Shown here one piece after another: positions 48,956-62,740 of a stretch of DNA of 64,000 nt. Both the position numbers and the translations under genes were made by a program. Each line of letters starts with the position of its first letter. The stretch's first letter is position 1. The notes under the pieces are model-generated. The model saw only the letters and a program-made list of their open reading frames with translations, searched no databases and was not told the DNA's origin. The DNA is taken from assembly GCA_050084985.1 (NCBI GenBank), contig JBITNC010000002.1:15314001-15378000 (forward strand), in the 5' to 3' direction. The stretch comes from Nageia nagi (taxonomy: Eukaryota; Plantae; Pinophyta).

Positions 48956-50842
48956 TTAGGTAGAAAACACATTTTTTTCTTTCTCTTCGCCATACCAGCT
49001 GCTCTTCCATTTGGGGCCCGTAGGTCCATTCTCTCCCGATAGCTCCGACGGCAAGCCCAAACAACCCACCAACACACACCCCACGCATACCTAATCTTGG
49101 GGCCCCATTTCCTTGTGTAGTTCAACCATGCCGGCTCCAACACCCTTTGACTTCCTCCTCCAATGGAATTCAGATACTCTGCAGAAATAATCTTGTATCT
49201 CGTACTGCAGTCCACGCTGTGATGGCTTTCTGCGGACTTGTTGGCTATGCCCACTCCAAGTTTGCTGCTTCCCTGAAGAACGACTCCCGCTCTTGCGAAA
49301 CTGGCATGCCCATTTAGAGAAGAATAGATCACACCTCTATTACTCCCTTTCATGAATTCCAACTCCGATGCCTTCACCCAACTTCCTCCGCTGTGCTGGG
49401 AAAGAAAGACTTGCTCCAATGCTCCATTGAAGTTGTTCACTCGCAGGGTGATGTGTTCCCAGTCACCCACATGCTGTCCGATCGTCCCCAGCGGAATGGA
49501 AAGGGCTCGGAACAAGACCAAACTACCCGGGCCATTGAAGGGGTAGAACAGCCACGTTGCAAGGTCAGTGAAAGTTCCTCCCAAAACTACCTTGACGTGG
49601 ATGTACACCTCGGCAGTCTCCAGGTCTCCACGTAGGAGCGTCTTTGCTGCGTCAGATGCTTTGGGGAGGCCTATCCAGTATTGGCCATCGTCGTTTCCGC
49701 CTTGGGGCAGGTTGGAGCCGTCCTCTGCAATGACCTCGGCTGTGGCTGCACCCTTCTTCTGTAAAACTGCTCCGTTCACGAAAAACCAAGAAACTGACGA
49801 TGGGAAGAATTTTTCTTTGGGATGGAAATATATGATGGGCCCGTAATTCTGCAATATCGAATGCACCTGATCCAGATTTGGCATTCCACTTAGAAGTGCA
49901 GAATTTGTACTTTTTAGGCAAGCAATCGGAAGAGATTGAGTGTTTGACTCGTCTTGGGTGCAGTAGAAGGTCCCAATGCTTACGCAATCTGTTTGCTTCT
50001 CTGAATCTGGTTTGGTAGTCCAGACAGCCAGAAATGCGTCACTGGGTTGCGATGAACTGACCCAGATCCTGATATCGGGTTTGCATATGACTGTTAGGTC
50101 TTGGCGAACGCATCTCAGCTCTTCGAGGGGTGGCTTTTCTGGGGTGTCTGTAACGAGGTAGCCGACGGGCACATAGCCTTCAGGAGGATTTGCTATCCAG
50201 AAGAAGCCCTTTCCATGCTTTTGACCTTTCCACGATTCACTACTCCACACCAACGAATAATCCACTGGTTTGGAAAGTGGTGGAGTATTGCCAGTGTTAT
50301 ATTAATTTCTTTGGCAACCAAAATCCAGCCTTGAAGGAATTTGGTGTTGTTGGGCTGGGCGTAATGGCCAAGGGTGAAATAGCCCTCTGGAATCTGGACA
50401 GGCTTGTAGAAGGCGGCCCCTATATCGTTATTGTCGCTGGTGCAGCTCCATATTTTTTCAAAGTTTGAGACTTGTGACACTTCGATTTCTCCGAGCTGGA
50501 TTTTGCCTGTTCCAAATCCTGTACCTGCAATCGGATACATGGAACGTGATCAACACAAGGATTTCAAGTCTCACATAAATTCATTGCAAGAAATTAAAAT
50601 TAGTCGTAACTACTGGATTTGTATTCCTTACATACTCATTTTGAAACAAACCCTAAAAATCACAATGAAAACAAAAGCTTTACGGATTCCACAACATACA
50701 AATGTGAAATTAATACTGTAATACCAGTTGGCCATGAGGGCAGGCCTGCAGGCAGCTTGAAGTGCTTTGACATTTTGAAAGATGGCTCTCCTCGATTATT
50801 CCAATCTCATGAACTTGCTGATGATGATGTCATGGTGAACAT
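48956..50842 (-). pseudogene. Vps62 / DUF946 family gene, disrupted as assembled
   Basis: Exon 1 50842-50725 (..FKLPAGLPSWPT), intron 50724-50525 (GT..AG), exon 2 with LGHYAQPN, YFHPKEKFFPSSVSWFF, GQHVGDWEH, SQHSGG, GPTGPK. TGA at 50809-50807; frameshifts near 50300 and near 49060-49085. Confidence 0.8.
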
Positions 50843-51544
50843 CCAATTTTATGGGCACCCAGTAATGTTGAGACTGACTTGAATTCTTGTGTATTAAACA
50901 CAATGCGAAAATGAGTTGTTCCACAGGACCAATAATCGAAGATTTTTTCTGTCCTCAACATTATTATATGGTATGGAACAGTGATTAAATATTTGGACTC
51001 TCGAGTATGGAGACTCCAAAAACGTGTTTTTCAATTGCTCATTGAAAAATCTTCTACGGTTTGAAAATTTGGACAAATCTTCCATAAAATTTAATGTTTC
51101 CATCAAAACCAATTTTAACTCAACTTGGGTACGTAATTGTTCTGACTTTCGAGTGCGTTAAACGACATTGGATCGTAAGATTCGAGGTTTTGAGATTTCT
51201 TAATGATAGATTTCAGTGTCTTTAAAGCTGGGTGATTATCTATTTTGTCATAGGATACATCACGATATACCACTCGTCTTTCTGTCCACTTCACGCTTTC
51301 TTCCTACAGCTATGTTTTTGGTATTTTGCTCCCTATGTTGGGGGACCATTGGTTGTACAATGCACCATTCCAGCTAAAGATTGCCCTACGATTTCACTTG
51401 TTTGGAATGTTCACACTCAGCCAACGTGGGAAAAGTTCATCATCAAAATCACTTTCGACAAAGTGATTAACCCCTCGCAGTTTCTCTCACTTAACTCATA
51501 TTGACATTTTGGAATTTTTTTATTGTGATTTCGTGATCTCCTTC

Positions 51545-51755
51545 GCTTTGAAAGGACGAGAAGGAGAGCACATTTTGAAAGATGAAGATGCCTTCCAGAG
51601 AGAAGAAAATGAAAGGACGTGAAAGAGAGCACATTTTTTATGATCAAGACCCCTAAACCCTTCACTTTGAAAGGATGCAAAGAGCACACATTATGATTAA
51701 GATGCCTTCTAGAAAGAGGAACGTGAAAGGACGTGAAAGAGAACACATTTTAAAT
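51545..51755 (+). repeat. Degenerate tandem repeat upstream of Vps62
   Basis: About four copies of GAAAGGACGTGAAAGAGAGCACATTT-like units. Confidence 0.7.
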
Positions 51756-52871
51756 GATTTAAGACGAATTCCATAGGGAGGAAGAAGTTCATTGTTGTAC
51801 TGCCCACAAGGGAATACCAAATTTCGAATTGAATTAGGTTGATATCTAAAGAATTTGTTACAAAAGCTTAAGGTTGAACGCCCACATTGGACTTTGAATT
51901 GATAAAGTTTAATTAAAATAATAAGAGATGGTTACTCTTATAAAATAGGGTGTATGGCAATTATAAACTATTCAGATTAAAGTTCATTGTTTTTTAATCT
52001 TAAATTTTATTTAATTTATAAAATATGTGTACATGTACATAATATTTACTTAAAATTATTGGTAATAAATATACTTAAAATTATCAAATCAATATCATGT
52101 AATTTGTACCAACAAAATAAGGATATTTAATGATTTATGTTATAAAAGAATTAGAAGATGAATTATATTGTTATCATATTTTCATACCAAAATATGATAT
52201 TAATATGAAAAAGTAAGAATAGACTAAGTAATTTTTTTCTCATTCAAAGTATGTTATAAGGAAGCAATAAAATATATCAAAATAATGCTAAACATATCAT
52301 GTTGGCTTATAACCCTATACCAAAGAATGATGTAAAAAAAACTATATGATAAATGCCTCCTGTTTATCCTATAAATGACAAGCATTCAATCCCAACCATT
52401 AATGAATGTAACAAGATGGTTGGTGATGTCCAAAATATATGCAAGGTGATATGACATCCTCAAAATACGTGATAGAGTATATATGCCTTTTGTTTATCTT
52501 AGGATAAATGCCTTTTGTTTATCCTTATAAATGGAAAGTGTTTAACTCACCCATTAATGTCTTAGTGGTGGTTTGTGACGTTCAAATTGAGGCAAGATGA
52601 TATGATATCCTCGTAATACATGATAGGGTAAACATCTTTAGTTTATCTTAGTTAATGCATTTTTTTATCCTTTGTTAAAAATTTAGGTGAGGATTCTTAC
52701 TGGGGGATAAATGAAAGGCATTTACATGAGATAAACACATTCTATTTATGCCATGGTTAAATGAAACATGCTTACAAGTTTAAATGTATTCTATTTATGC
52801 TATGATTATATGCATTCTATATATATGTGAATAAATGAGTTTTATTTACTCTCTAGTAAATAGAAGGTATT

Positions 52872-52975
52872 TATATGCATATGTGCATGACCCATGCATG
52901 CATATAAGTTATACATATGCACATGACCATGCATGCATATAAGTTATGCATATGCACATGACCATGCAAGCATGC
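52872..52975. repeat. 35-bp tandem repeat rich in CATGCA
   Basis: TGCATATGCACATGACCATGCATGCATATAAGTTA, about 3 copies. Confidence 0.8.
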
Positions 52976-53139
52976 TCTTCGTAATGACTTTGAGTTAAAA
53001 AGTAGACGACCCCATCGACACTAGTTGAGGGGGGTTTAGGAGGTTGGATAGGTTGCACTAATAATGTATAAGTTGCTTATATTATGAATGTATTAAGCAC
53101 CATGCATCCCATCTGCATGATGTAACATAGACTAGCCCT

Positions 53140-53400
53140 CTTATGGGCCACACTTAATGAAAGAACCAAAATTAACAAAATGTATTATAATTAACATCAA
53201 GAGTGGCTTATTGTCAAGGTATTCTATAGTTTATTTGGATATGTCATTGGGTTTGGTGAAATGGTTAAAATGCTTGTAATGAGAAAATCAATGATTATCA
53301 TTATATAAGAGCTATTAAATACATGATTATAATATTAGATGGTGCTCATGTGGATTGGTAGATAAAAACTACAGAGGATAATACTATATGGTGTTAGTTA
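53140..53400 (+). repeat. Direct repeat copy 2 (upstream of Vps62)
   Basis: Diverged copy of 48330-48640. Confidence 0.8.
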
Positions 53401-56400
53401 TTAAATATATGATGATAATGGTAATTAGGGGAAAAACCCAATGACCAGAGAGAAAAGTTAAGAGTGAGTTAATTTGCACATATTAGGGTTTTCTGATTAT
53501 TTATCACACTACCACACGTAGAAGAATATGCAAGATAAAGATTTTTGTATTCAGATCAGGGAATTTTCTTTTATTCCATGATAGGTGGATTTATTTCCTT
53601 TACAATGCCTCATCCTCAATCTTCAGCTTCATCTTATGTTGAAGTTATTGGAGTGAGCAATGGCACCTACAACGAAGCACCCTTAGAAGTTAGTACCTAA
53701 AGTATACATCAATGTAATACATTCCTTGGTTTAGTAATTCCTTTGAATGATTTTAATCAAGCTTGTGCATGGTTAGATAACTACACCCTGGTAGCGTATT
53801 TCCTAGGATGTATCCCGTCTAACTTAGTTCTTAAGAACTGAACTAGATTGATTAATACTAATGCCCTTATGGCATCCATGTTGATAATGTGCAAAACCTT
53901 ACTAAGGGGTTTTTTCATTTTCATTTTTTTGATCCTGATTAGGTGAAGAAACTTATCTCCAATGGCTTGAGCTATGTTCATAACACCCTTCTTTTTTTCA
54001 ACCTTGGTTTAAGGATTTCATGGTTAGTGATAATGTTTCACTGGTTATTTATGTATAGGTAGAATATCCAAGTCTACCCCAACTATTTGGATTTTCTTAT
54101 GTAATATTTCCTTGCTCATAGGTGAGTTTATGTGTGATGAATAAGCTCAATTCTATGCAACTCATCTAATAAGGAGAATGTATATTAAAGTTGACCTTGC
54201 TAAATCTTTGAAAGATTATATTGACATTTAGAAATGAGATACTCTTGTGTAAGTACAAGAAGATGGGTCACTTTATGGCCAAAAAGTGGATGCTTTTTCT
54301 TCAATTTTCAGTTTAATCATAATTGATCTCAAAATTTGAAGCACTTAGAGATGGAATCTTGAAAAGATTAATTTAGCAAAAATGTAGTACTCAAAGTCTA
54401 GTTTTCAAATATGTAATTTATTCCAATACCCATATGATAAAAATTAAATTTTTATAGGAATATATAAAAATCACTTTTTAAAATTTATTATTTTAGGATC
54501 ATACCTTTAATTGTTTGCCTAACATAATTTAACCTAAATTAAAGTATTTTTTAAAATCCTTTTGGAAAAAGATAGCTAAGACATTAAAGAATGTTAAGAA
54601 TATTTTTTGGTAATTTTTTGATGAATTATTTTTATTAATTTTTTATTATTCCTAATTACTTATTTTTGAAATGCTTTAGTTAGGCCACCATAACTTGATC
54701 TAAACTTATCCTTTTTTAATTTTTTTTATTGAATAGAGAATTATGTATAGAATGTTTTCATATACTTTTTTTTCATATATTTTTTTTCATAATTATAAAA
54801 ATAAATTTATTAAAAAAGTAAGACAACCTTAATTTTCAAGTTTATGAATAAATTTGATTGAAAATAATTTGAAAAATAATAAATATAATTCAATTGTAAA
54901 AAAATTACATATTTGAAATCTACACTCACTCATATATAAGGAGTTTTAATTTTGTAAATTTGTTTTGTAAAAAACTTTATTAAATACACATCGAAACTTG
55001 ATTTTTTCCATTTTAAAATGATAAGAACTTGTATGTCCACTTAAAAGGATAAGGGTTGCCTTATAAATCCTCATCCAAGACAAAAACCAAGGTAAAATTA
55101 TAGGGAAGTAGATTTGAAATTTAAAATGGGATCTTGTTTTATCCCTTATTGGGATCCCATTTTAAAATGAGATCCTGTTATCTCCCAACATTCATAACAC
55201 CCTACCATTTAGTTTAGAATGAGTCTTTTGAATTCTACTTGAAGGAGGAATGGTACCAAAGCATCGAGGGTGAGAGAATAAGTAGCTATTTTTATCATTT
55301 TGATCTCTTGAGTGACATGAGTATCATTCCCTAAGCATAGGGAGTGTATTCTATGATGATGTTAGAAGAATTGTATAACATTGTGATGTTAATTTAAGCT
55401 CTATATATTCTAACTTTGAATACACACTTTATTTTTTATATCAATTTAAAATGAAAAATATCATTAAGCTTAACACTACTACCAAAAGGTTGATTTACAT
55501 CCTTTTTTGAATCTTCAATCATGAAAAATGAAAAAGGATGCAAATTTGCATTGACATGCATTGAAACCTTTTTTTTTTGTTCAATTTTTTTACTTTGTCA
55601 ATGCAAAATTTGAATGCAAATTTGGACATTAAAAATGCCTCAAAAGGGCATTAAGATGGATGCAAAAAATGATCTAAAAGGACACAAATTTAGATACAAA
55701 AAAGATAAAAAATGATGCAAATTTGGACTCAAATTTTGCATCGAAATTTACCTTAATGTTGATTTTTTTTCAAAAAATGCCCAAAGCATTAAGATGCAAA
55801 TTTGAACACTAATTTGCATCAAAAAAACTTAAATAAGGAAGATACATATTTTTAACTCAAATTTTATTGTGAAATTCCTCTACCATGGACATACATCACA
55901 TTTAGCTTTATGGAATTTGATGGAAAATTATGCAAAATATGAAAAAACACACATTATAAAGGCAGGAGAAGATATATGATGCAAATATGGTTAAGGTTTC
56001 CTTCACACAACTTGTAATGATTAACCATACTTGAATGATTCCCTTAGACTATTTCATAATTTGATGATGAATTATTAGTATATTCAAATAATGGAAAATA
56101 ATTCTTCATGTGTTTCCTTAGAGGATTGAGTAAATTGGTGCTGTAACACATCATCAACTTGTAAGGATCCTTACCTCCATATTAAAGCATTATACAAGTT
56201 AATATAACTTTTTTAATTTATCACTATATGAGTTCATAGTTGCCTTATCATTTTATAAGCAAAAAATCAATTCAAGCCCATCTTCATTATTCCATTATGC
56301 TCTTTTTGTAAATATAATATTTGTAATTGTAACTTATATGGAGTTAAATATAAATAATATTTTCATACCACAAGCAATAAGCAAGCTATACATATGAAAA

Positions 56401-57783
56401 GTTCAAGATACTAGTGAACAATATATCAATTACAATATTGTCATTTCAAATTATCTCCTTCATCAAGATGTACAATATATTTTCCTCTAGGATTACATTC
56501 AATTACAAACCAATTTTTTTAATCATCAACATCAGGTATGAAATATATTTGACTGCAATGTTACGATAAAATATAAGACTCTTTGTTGTTAGGTAAAATG
56601 TGTGTGGAGTCGATTAAAAAGTAATCACTAGGTCTATCATGTAAGATTGTTCTTCTATCAAGTGTGTCAAACCATTTACATTTAAATATCATACACTCAA
56701 ATGACCTATAATCCAATTGTATAATTTCTTGAATTTTTCCAACATATTTTAATTTTCCTTGTATCAAGTTTATATCTCTTGAACTTGCATGACTTTCTTG
56801 ATCAAAATTAGCCATCACTCCATAATCAAATGTCGTTCTTCTCTCATCATTCTTTTCTTTTCTGAAGTGTTGACCATATGCCCACATTGTTGGGAAAGAT
56901 AGTGCCTACACATATTTACACAAACAATGTTATTAGTGCTTGAACATATTTACATGAAAATTAAAGTTTTATAAAAGATTAATTAAAATAATTACCTCAA
57001 ACTTGCATCCTATATCGATATTTAATGCATCTTCATCACTTTCATCTATTTTTCCTCTTGTAGCTTGTTGTTTCATTTCACCTTCATTCTTCATCCATTA
57101 CCTTGGACATTCTTATGGCCAATTTTCCTCTCTTAGATTTTTAGGTGGACTAGATGTACCCCTTTGATTTTGTCCACGAAACAAGGCATGTTCCTATTCA
57201 ATTTCACTTCTTTTAGTTTGGTACAACTCAATCCACTTTTGACAACATGAATAATGCATCATGATAAATTAGTTTATAGATTCATGAAGGTCATAATCTA
57301 TAAATTCACAATACCATAATACAAACTTGTTAGCTAGTAATTAAGCATTTATACAATTTAGAAATCCAAAGTGCATGTACATATCTAAAACATAGTTAAT
57401 ACCTTTAAGAGAACATAGTGTTTCACCTATTTCTACAATTTTCTCTTCTAATTTCTCATTGTCTTTATTTGCATTTCTCATCTTTGGGGTAGAATGATCT
57501 ATTTGGAATAGATACTCATTTGCATAAAAAATGATTCTAGATAATGTATCCCTCACCTATAGATCATTATGGTTGTGAATATTATTTAACAAATCCCTTT
57601 AGCACTTTTAAAAATCTCTCCATAAAAAAACATGTATCTAGTAGTCATAACACCTACCATGTTAATATTATGTACTAGGTGAATCAATAGGTGCACTTGT
57701 ATGTCCATAAAAATAGGTGGCAATTCTTTTTCTAATTTGCGGATAATTTCAATAATCTCTTTACACCATTGATCTATTACAAC

Positions 57784-58211
57784 TATTGGAAATTGTAATG
57801 TAATATTGTGTAATATTTATTATGTAATATTTCTCTTTAATGTAAATTCATTTAATGCTTAAAGTATCTTTAGATACCTTTAAACATTAAAAGAATAAAA
57901 ATAGAAAGAGGAATAAATATAGAAACACCTTTAACCTTACCCTTGGGTAAAAGGAAGGTTAAAGGGTGGGTTAGTTCTTATAAATAGAGAGGTAGTCCTC
58001 TCATTATGTAACTTGATTTAACTTGATGAAGCATGGTAATGCTTGTCATGTAGAGTTGTAGGAGAGTTATCTTTTGAGAAAATTATAGAATGATTATTCA
58101 AAGTGGATGTACTCCTAAAAGATGGAATAACCACTATACATTGTGTATTATCAAGTCAAAATGCATAAAGTATTAGAAAATAAGAATAAATGCATGTTAT
58201 ATTATTTTTCA
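57784..58211 (+). mobile_element. Old solo LTR related to the young Copia LTR, inside the CACTA gene
   Basis: Starts TATTGGAAATTGTAATG (cf. TGTTAGAATTTGTAATG). Shares AACCTTACCCTTGGGT.AAAGGAAGGTTA, TATAAATAGAG and GTGGATGTACTCC. No clear TSD. Confidence 0.65.
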
Positions 58212-60639
58212 TAAAGCCATACTATGACATGAAATACCTTAAGAAATAACGATAATTGATTGATTGCATGTCTAAAATCAACAGGTAGACCCCCACATCC
58301 ATGAATTGCAATTAGAAAAATATGCTATAGAAAGTATGAGCATAAATATATATAACAAGTATTTTTATTTTGATGGAAAATGTGGAAAACATAATATGAG
58401 ATCAATACCTTTATAAAGTTGTGGTAATCATGAGTCTTGAATCATGTGAGTTTACCATCAACATTGAATGCACTTCTTAGAAATGATCCATAATTTGTTG
58501 GTGTTCTAATGTTTTAAATAATTTTGTGTAACTTTTCCACTTCATCTTTTTTCATAAGCCATGTTGCTGTAGGTACTTGTTTTCTTCCATATTAATAGTA
58601 AGTAATCCATAAAGATCTCATTTTATTAATATATTTTAAGTCTTTTCTCATGAAATCATAATTTTCTTCTTGCTTATTGTATACTAATACAAAGAAGTTG
58701 CAACATTCTTTACAATGTATGTAGGATCCATTAAATGTGTCACTAACAACTCCTTCCAATATTCCAGTATATGAAATATTGATAATCTATTCAGTCCTGA
58801 AAACATGCAACCATTTCATAATAAACATTGTATATTTTCAAAATAATAAACATATTACAAATATATTGTATTGTATAATATTTCACTTTTTGGTAAATCA
58901 TTTTTTCCAAGAATAATCTCATCATTTAACCCTAAAGTAGTACCTTTTTCATGGGCTCCTTTTCTAACATTTTCCCCACATTCATGGCACTTTATAGACC
59001 AACTCATAGGAGTTTCATAAATAGGAATAAGGGTTTTATATACTAGAACATAAACTCCCTTTTTTCAAAAAATATGATCCATTGGCAAATATTTTCTATG
59101 GCCAATATATTCCATATTATTCATCTTACTTGAATATCTTGATTGAAGATTTTTCACACACTATGGACAAACATGATAACCTTTTGTATGAAGACCTATG
59201 ATAAGTTTATTTAGAGAATGCATATAATTCATATGATTATAAAAAATCAAATATACATATGTATATATGCATACTTGCATAAACAAAAATCCTTGGATAA
59301 TTATGTATAGTCCAACATAGTATACCATAACATTTAAATGACCTTTGATTGATAGGTCTACTTATATCATACATTTTAACTCCTTTCCATAAGAGTTACA
59401 ACTCATGAATTAGCGGTTTAAGGTAGACATCCATGTGTTTAACTTGTTTCGAGCTAGGGACTATAACAGTCAACATCAAATGCTCTTTTCTTATAAACAT
59501 CCATGGAGGTATATTATAATTGATTATAACAATAGGACAACATGAATAAGTGGATGTTTGGTTCAAAATGGATTGACACCATCCATTGCTAAACCCAATA
59601 TGACACTCCTAGGTTCATCCTTAAATTTCTTAGGCCACTTATCCTTTACATGTTTCATTGCTTTACTATCTACATGTATATGCAACACACCTTCTTCACT
59701 TCTATTTCTTGAATGTTAGTCTATTACTCTGCAAGTGACTTACAATAGAAAATTCACATCAACTTGTGAAGGATTGGCATTACATGAACAACCTTATTTG
59801 GAGTATTTTTCCCTATGTCATTGTATCTTGATTCTTCACACTTTGTACATTCAATCTTTGTATCATATTCTTCTCTTATATATAATATGCAATCATTAAT
59901 ACATGCATGGTATGAATTATATTCGATCCCTACATCCTTCATAATGTCAAGTGCTTTTTTGCATGAATTTAGGATGACATTATCACTTGGCAATAAATTT
60001 TCTTTTAGTAACATATAATACCAATTAAAAACAATTTATGTAGTTAATTTCATTAAAATTAAAATATCAAAAATTGAAATATCATAAAAAAATGAAATTC
60101 AAACCTTAGAAGAGAAGTGAAACTTGTATATGACCATCCATATTTGGATTTTATGTTAATTAAAATTAGGATAATTGATAATGCAATCATGTTTTTTTCT
60201 TCATACAATTTAGTTTTGGAAGCATTATACATGCTACCCCTTTCTAAATCATCATCTCTTTCATTACCATCTCTTTCTTCATCATCAACATGAACATAGA
60301 GGGACTCAAGTAACCCATAAATTCCATTTTCTTCATCAACATTATCATCATCATCATCATAATGACCAATATTATCCTCTCTTAATTCATCATCATCAGT
60401 GCTTGAATCCCACATAGGTATTTGAATAGGAGCTTTTAGATTTGGTTTAGACATAAACTTTGCATATTGCTTAGGGGTCCATGCTTTTGTAGTATATTTT
60501 TATCACTCATACTTACATTATTTCATTGCAATGTTGGTGTAATAGTTATCATTCTTGATTGGTCATGATGATTATTTGTTGATTGTAAAATAAGTTGTTA
60601 TAAACCATTAATTTAGAATAAAAAAAATAAGTGTAACAA

Positions 60640-60845
60640 GTGCAAAGCAATTTGATACATCCATTGATACATAAGTTCCATACATATAATTTGAATATAC
60701 ATCCATACAAATTGATCATCAATACATATAATTTGATACATCCATATACATAACAAATTGATACATCCATATAAACAATAAATTGATACATCCAAACATA
60801 CACATTATCCATACAATATACAAATTGAAACATCCATTCATACAC
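60640..60845. repeat. ~25-bp minisatellite
   Basis: Repeated AA(T)TTGATACATCCATATACA. Confidence 0.8.
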
Positions 60846-62004
60846 ATCAATAATATATTAATTTTTTATTTTTATTTTTGGGTTTTTGTCCTCAATGAAT
60901 TATTACATTTTTATCATCTCCTAACTCTAAAGTTCATGTATTACGTACCAAAGTAGGTCTCCTATAATTGTGGTGAGCTAGTAGCTAATCATCAACATTA
61001 ATAGTTTTAATGGGAACAAAAACTATATAATTATTCATTTATCTACCCATGAAGTCTTCTTTATCATTAGTACATTAGTGAAATTCATAATTTGGTGCCC
61101 ATTCTTCACCTACACAACTATTTATGTATCCAACTATGCTTCCTTCTACTTTTGGTCGATCATCAATATATAAGCATTTTGACTGCTATGGAGGTGGAAT
61201 ATTGGAAGCATTTGTATATAATCCATATTTGAAAATACTATATGTATATCCCTCTAATTGTCTCCAAATCGCTTCTATATAAATTGGCCCACAAAATGGC
61301 ATCAATGGCTTTATCTCATAACTTGGAGTAACCATTATAGTATTATGTATAAAAAAACCAAATCTAGAGCATATTTCAGATGGTTTGATCATGTATCGAT
61401 TACCATAATAAGAAAAGATATCATAAGCCTTTGGAAAAGGTATTTCAGATGGCCATGCACAATATGCCCCATAATCATATGTATATTGCTATTTAAGTTG
61501 TAGCTTTAGTGGCATGCACATCAAACCAAAATCATGAACATCCTCCTCTGGTAGATCAAATGGATGCTCATATGCATCCTTTGCTAATTATTATGAAGCC
61601 ATTTTTGAAATCTTATTCTTATAGGCATCTCTCTAACTTCATCTGTCAATGGACCTACACATTATTTTGGCTTCATCTTTTGGATCTACATATCAATTTT
61701 ATTTAGTTTTATTTGATATCATTCAATATATAATAATACAAAAATAAAATCAAATATTGATCAATTGATTAGCATCATCATATTCTGATGATGATGATGA
61801 ATCATTGATCCTTTGCACTTTTTTTTCCCACAACATTAGTAATAAAATAAAGTTAAATATTGCAAATAATATCATGCATGAAAGTGATAATTTAGATGAT
61901 CTTTCTTTTTTAACTACATCTTATATAATAACATTTATCTTAACTAATTCTCATATGAGTAAACATCACTCCTCCTCACAGGATGTATAGGGAATATCTC
62001 AGGA

Positions 62005-62145
62005 TTTGAATCAAATGACACATCACTCCTTGGCCTCCTAGTAACTAGTGCAGGCAACTCCTCTGAATCAAATGACACATAAATCCTTAGCCTCCTAGTA
62101 ACTAGTGCAAGAAAATCCTCTAAATCAAATGATACATCACTCCTA
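62005..62145. repeat. 60-bp tandem repeat (about 2.4 copies)
   Basis: AATCAAATGACACAT...CCTT.GCCTCCTAGTAACTAGTGCA. On the minus strand it reads FDxExxxALVTRRxRxxVS. Confidence 0.75.
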
Positions 62146-62504
62146 AAAACTCTATTATGTTGAGGTTGTGGCATATAAATACTTGAATCTGATGATAAAT
62201 AACTCCTCCTTTGCCTTGGTGGCATTGTATAAGCCAATTAGTCACTAACCTATTTTATAATTTAAAGAAAAAAAGAGATTAGTACATGAATAATAATAAT
62301 CTATAAATATTTAAATCTTAGAATTAGAATTATTAAATAAATAAATTTTTTTCAACTAAAAATATAAAATGATCATATACATTCTATGCAATAGAAGACA
62401 CATCATTAATCAAAGTTCTTTAAGGAGTTATCATTATAGGTAGAGATAATAGATAATGTGCAAGTGCTTTTAGAATAAAATATCCTTCTTTTATTGTAAT
62501 CCAA

Positions 62505-62740
62505 TTCCTAACACTAACACTAACTATAACACTTACCCTAACCCTAACCCTAACCCTAACATAATTCCTAATTGTTAACCCAAACCCTAACTCCTAACCA
62601 TTAATGTTAACCCTAACCAATAACCTAACCACTAACCCTAACTCTAACCTTAATGCTAACCCTAACCTAACCTTAATGCTAACCCTAATAGTAACCCTAA
62701 CAAAAACCTTAACCTAGCCACTAAACCTAACCCTAATGAC
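62505..62740 (+). repeat. Degenerate (CCCTAA)n telomere-like tract
   Basis: ACCCTAACCCTAACCCTAACCCTAAC plus many degenerate hexamers. Confidence 0.8.

Noticed and set aside
53760-55200. L1 RT fragment and a MULE-like element
   Set aside because: Only a KVDLAKS-like motif and weak inverted ends; too degraded to delimit.
62505-62740. True telomere or chromosome fusion site
   Set aside because: Short, degenerate, single orientation and embedded in CACTA-associated sequence.
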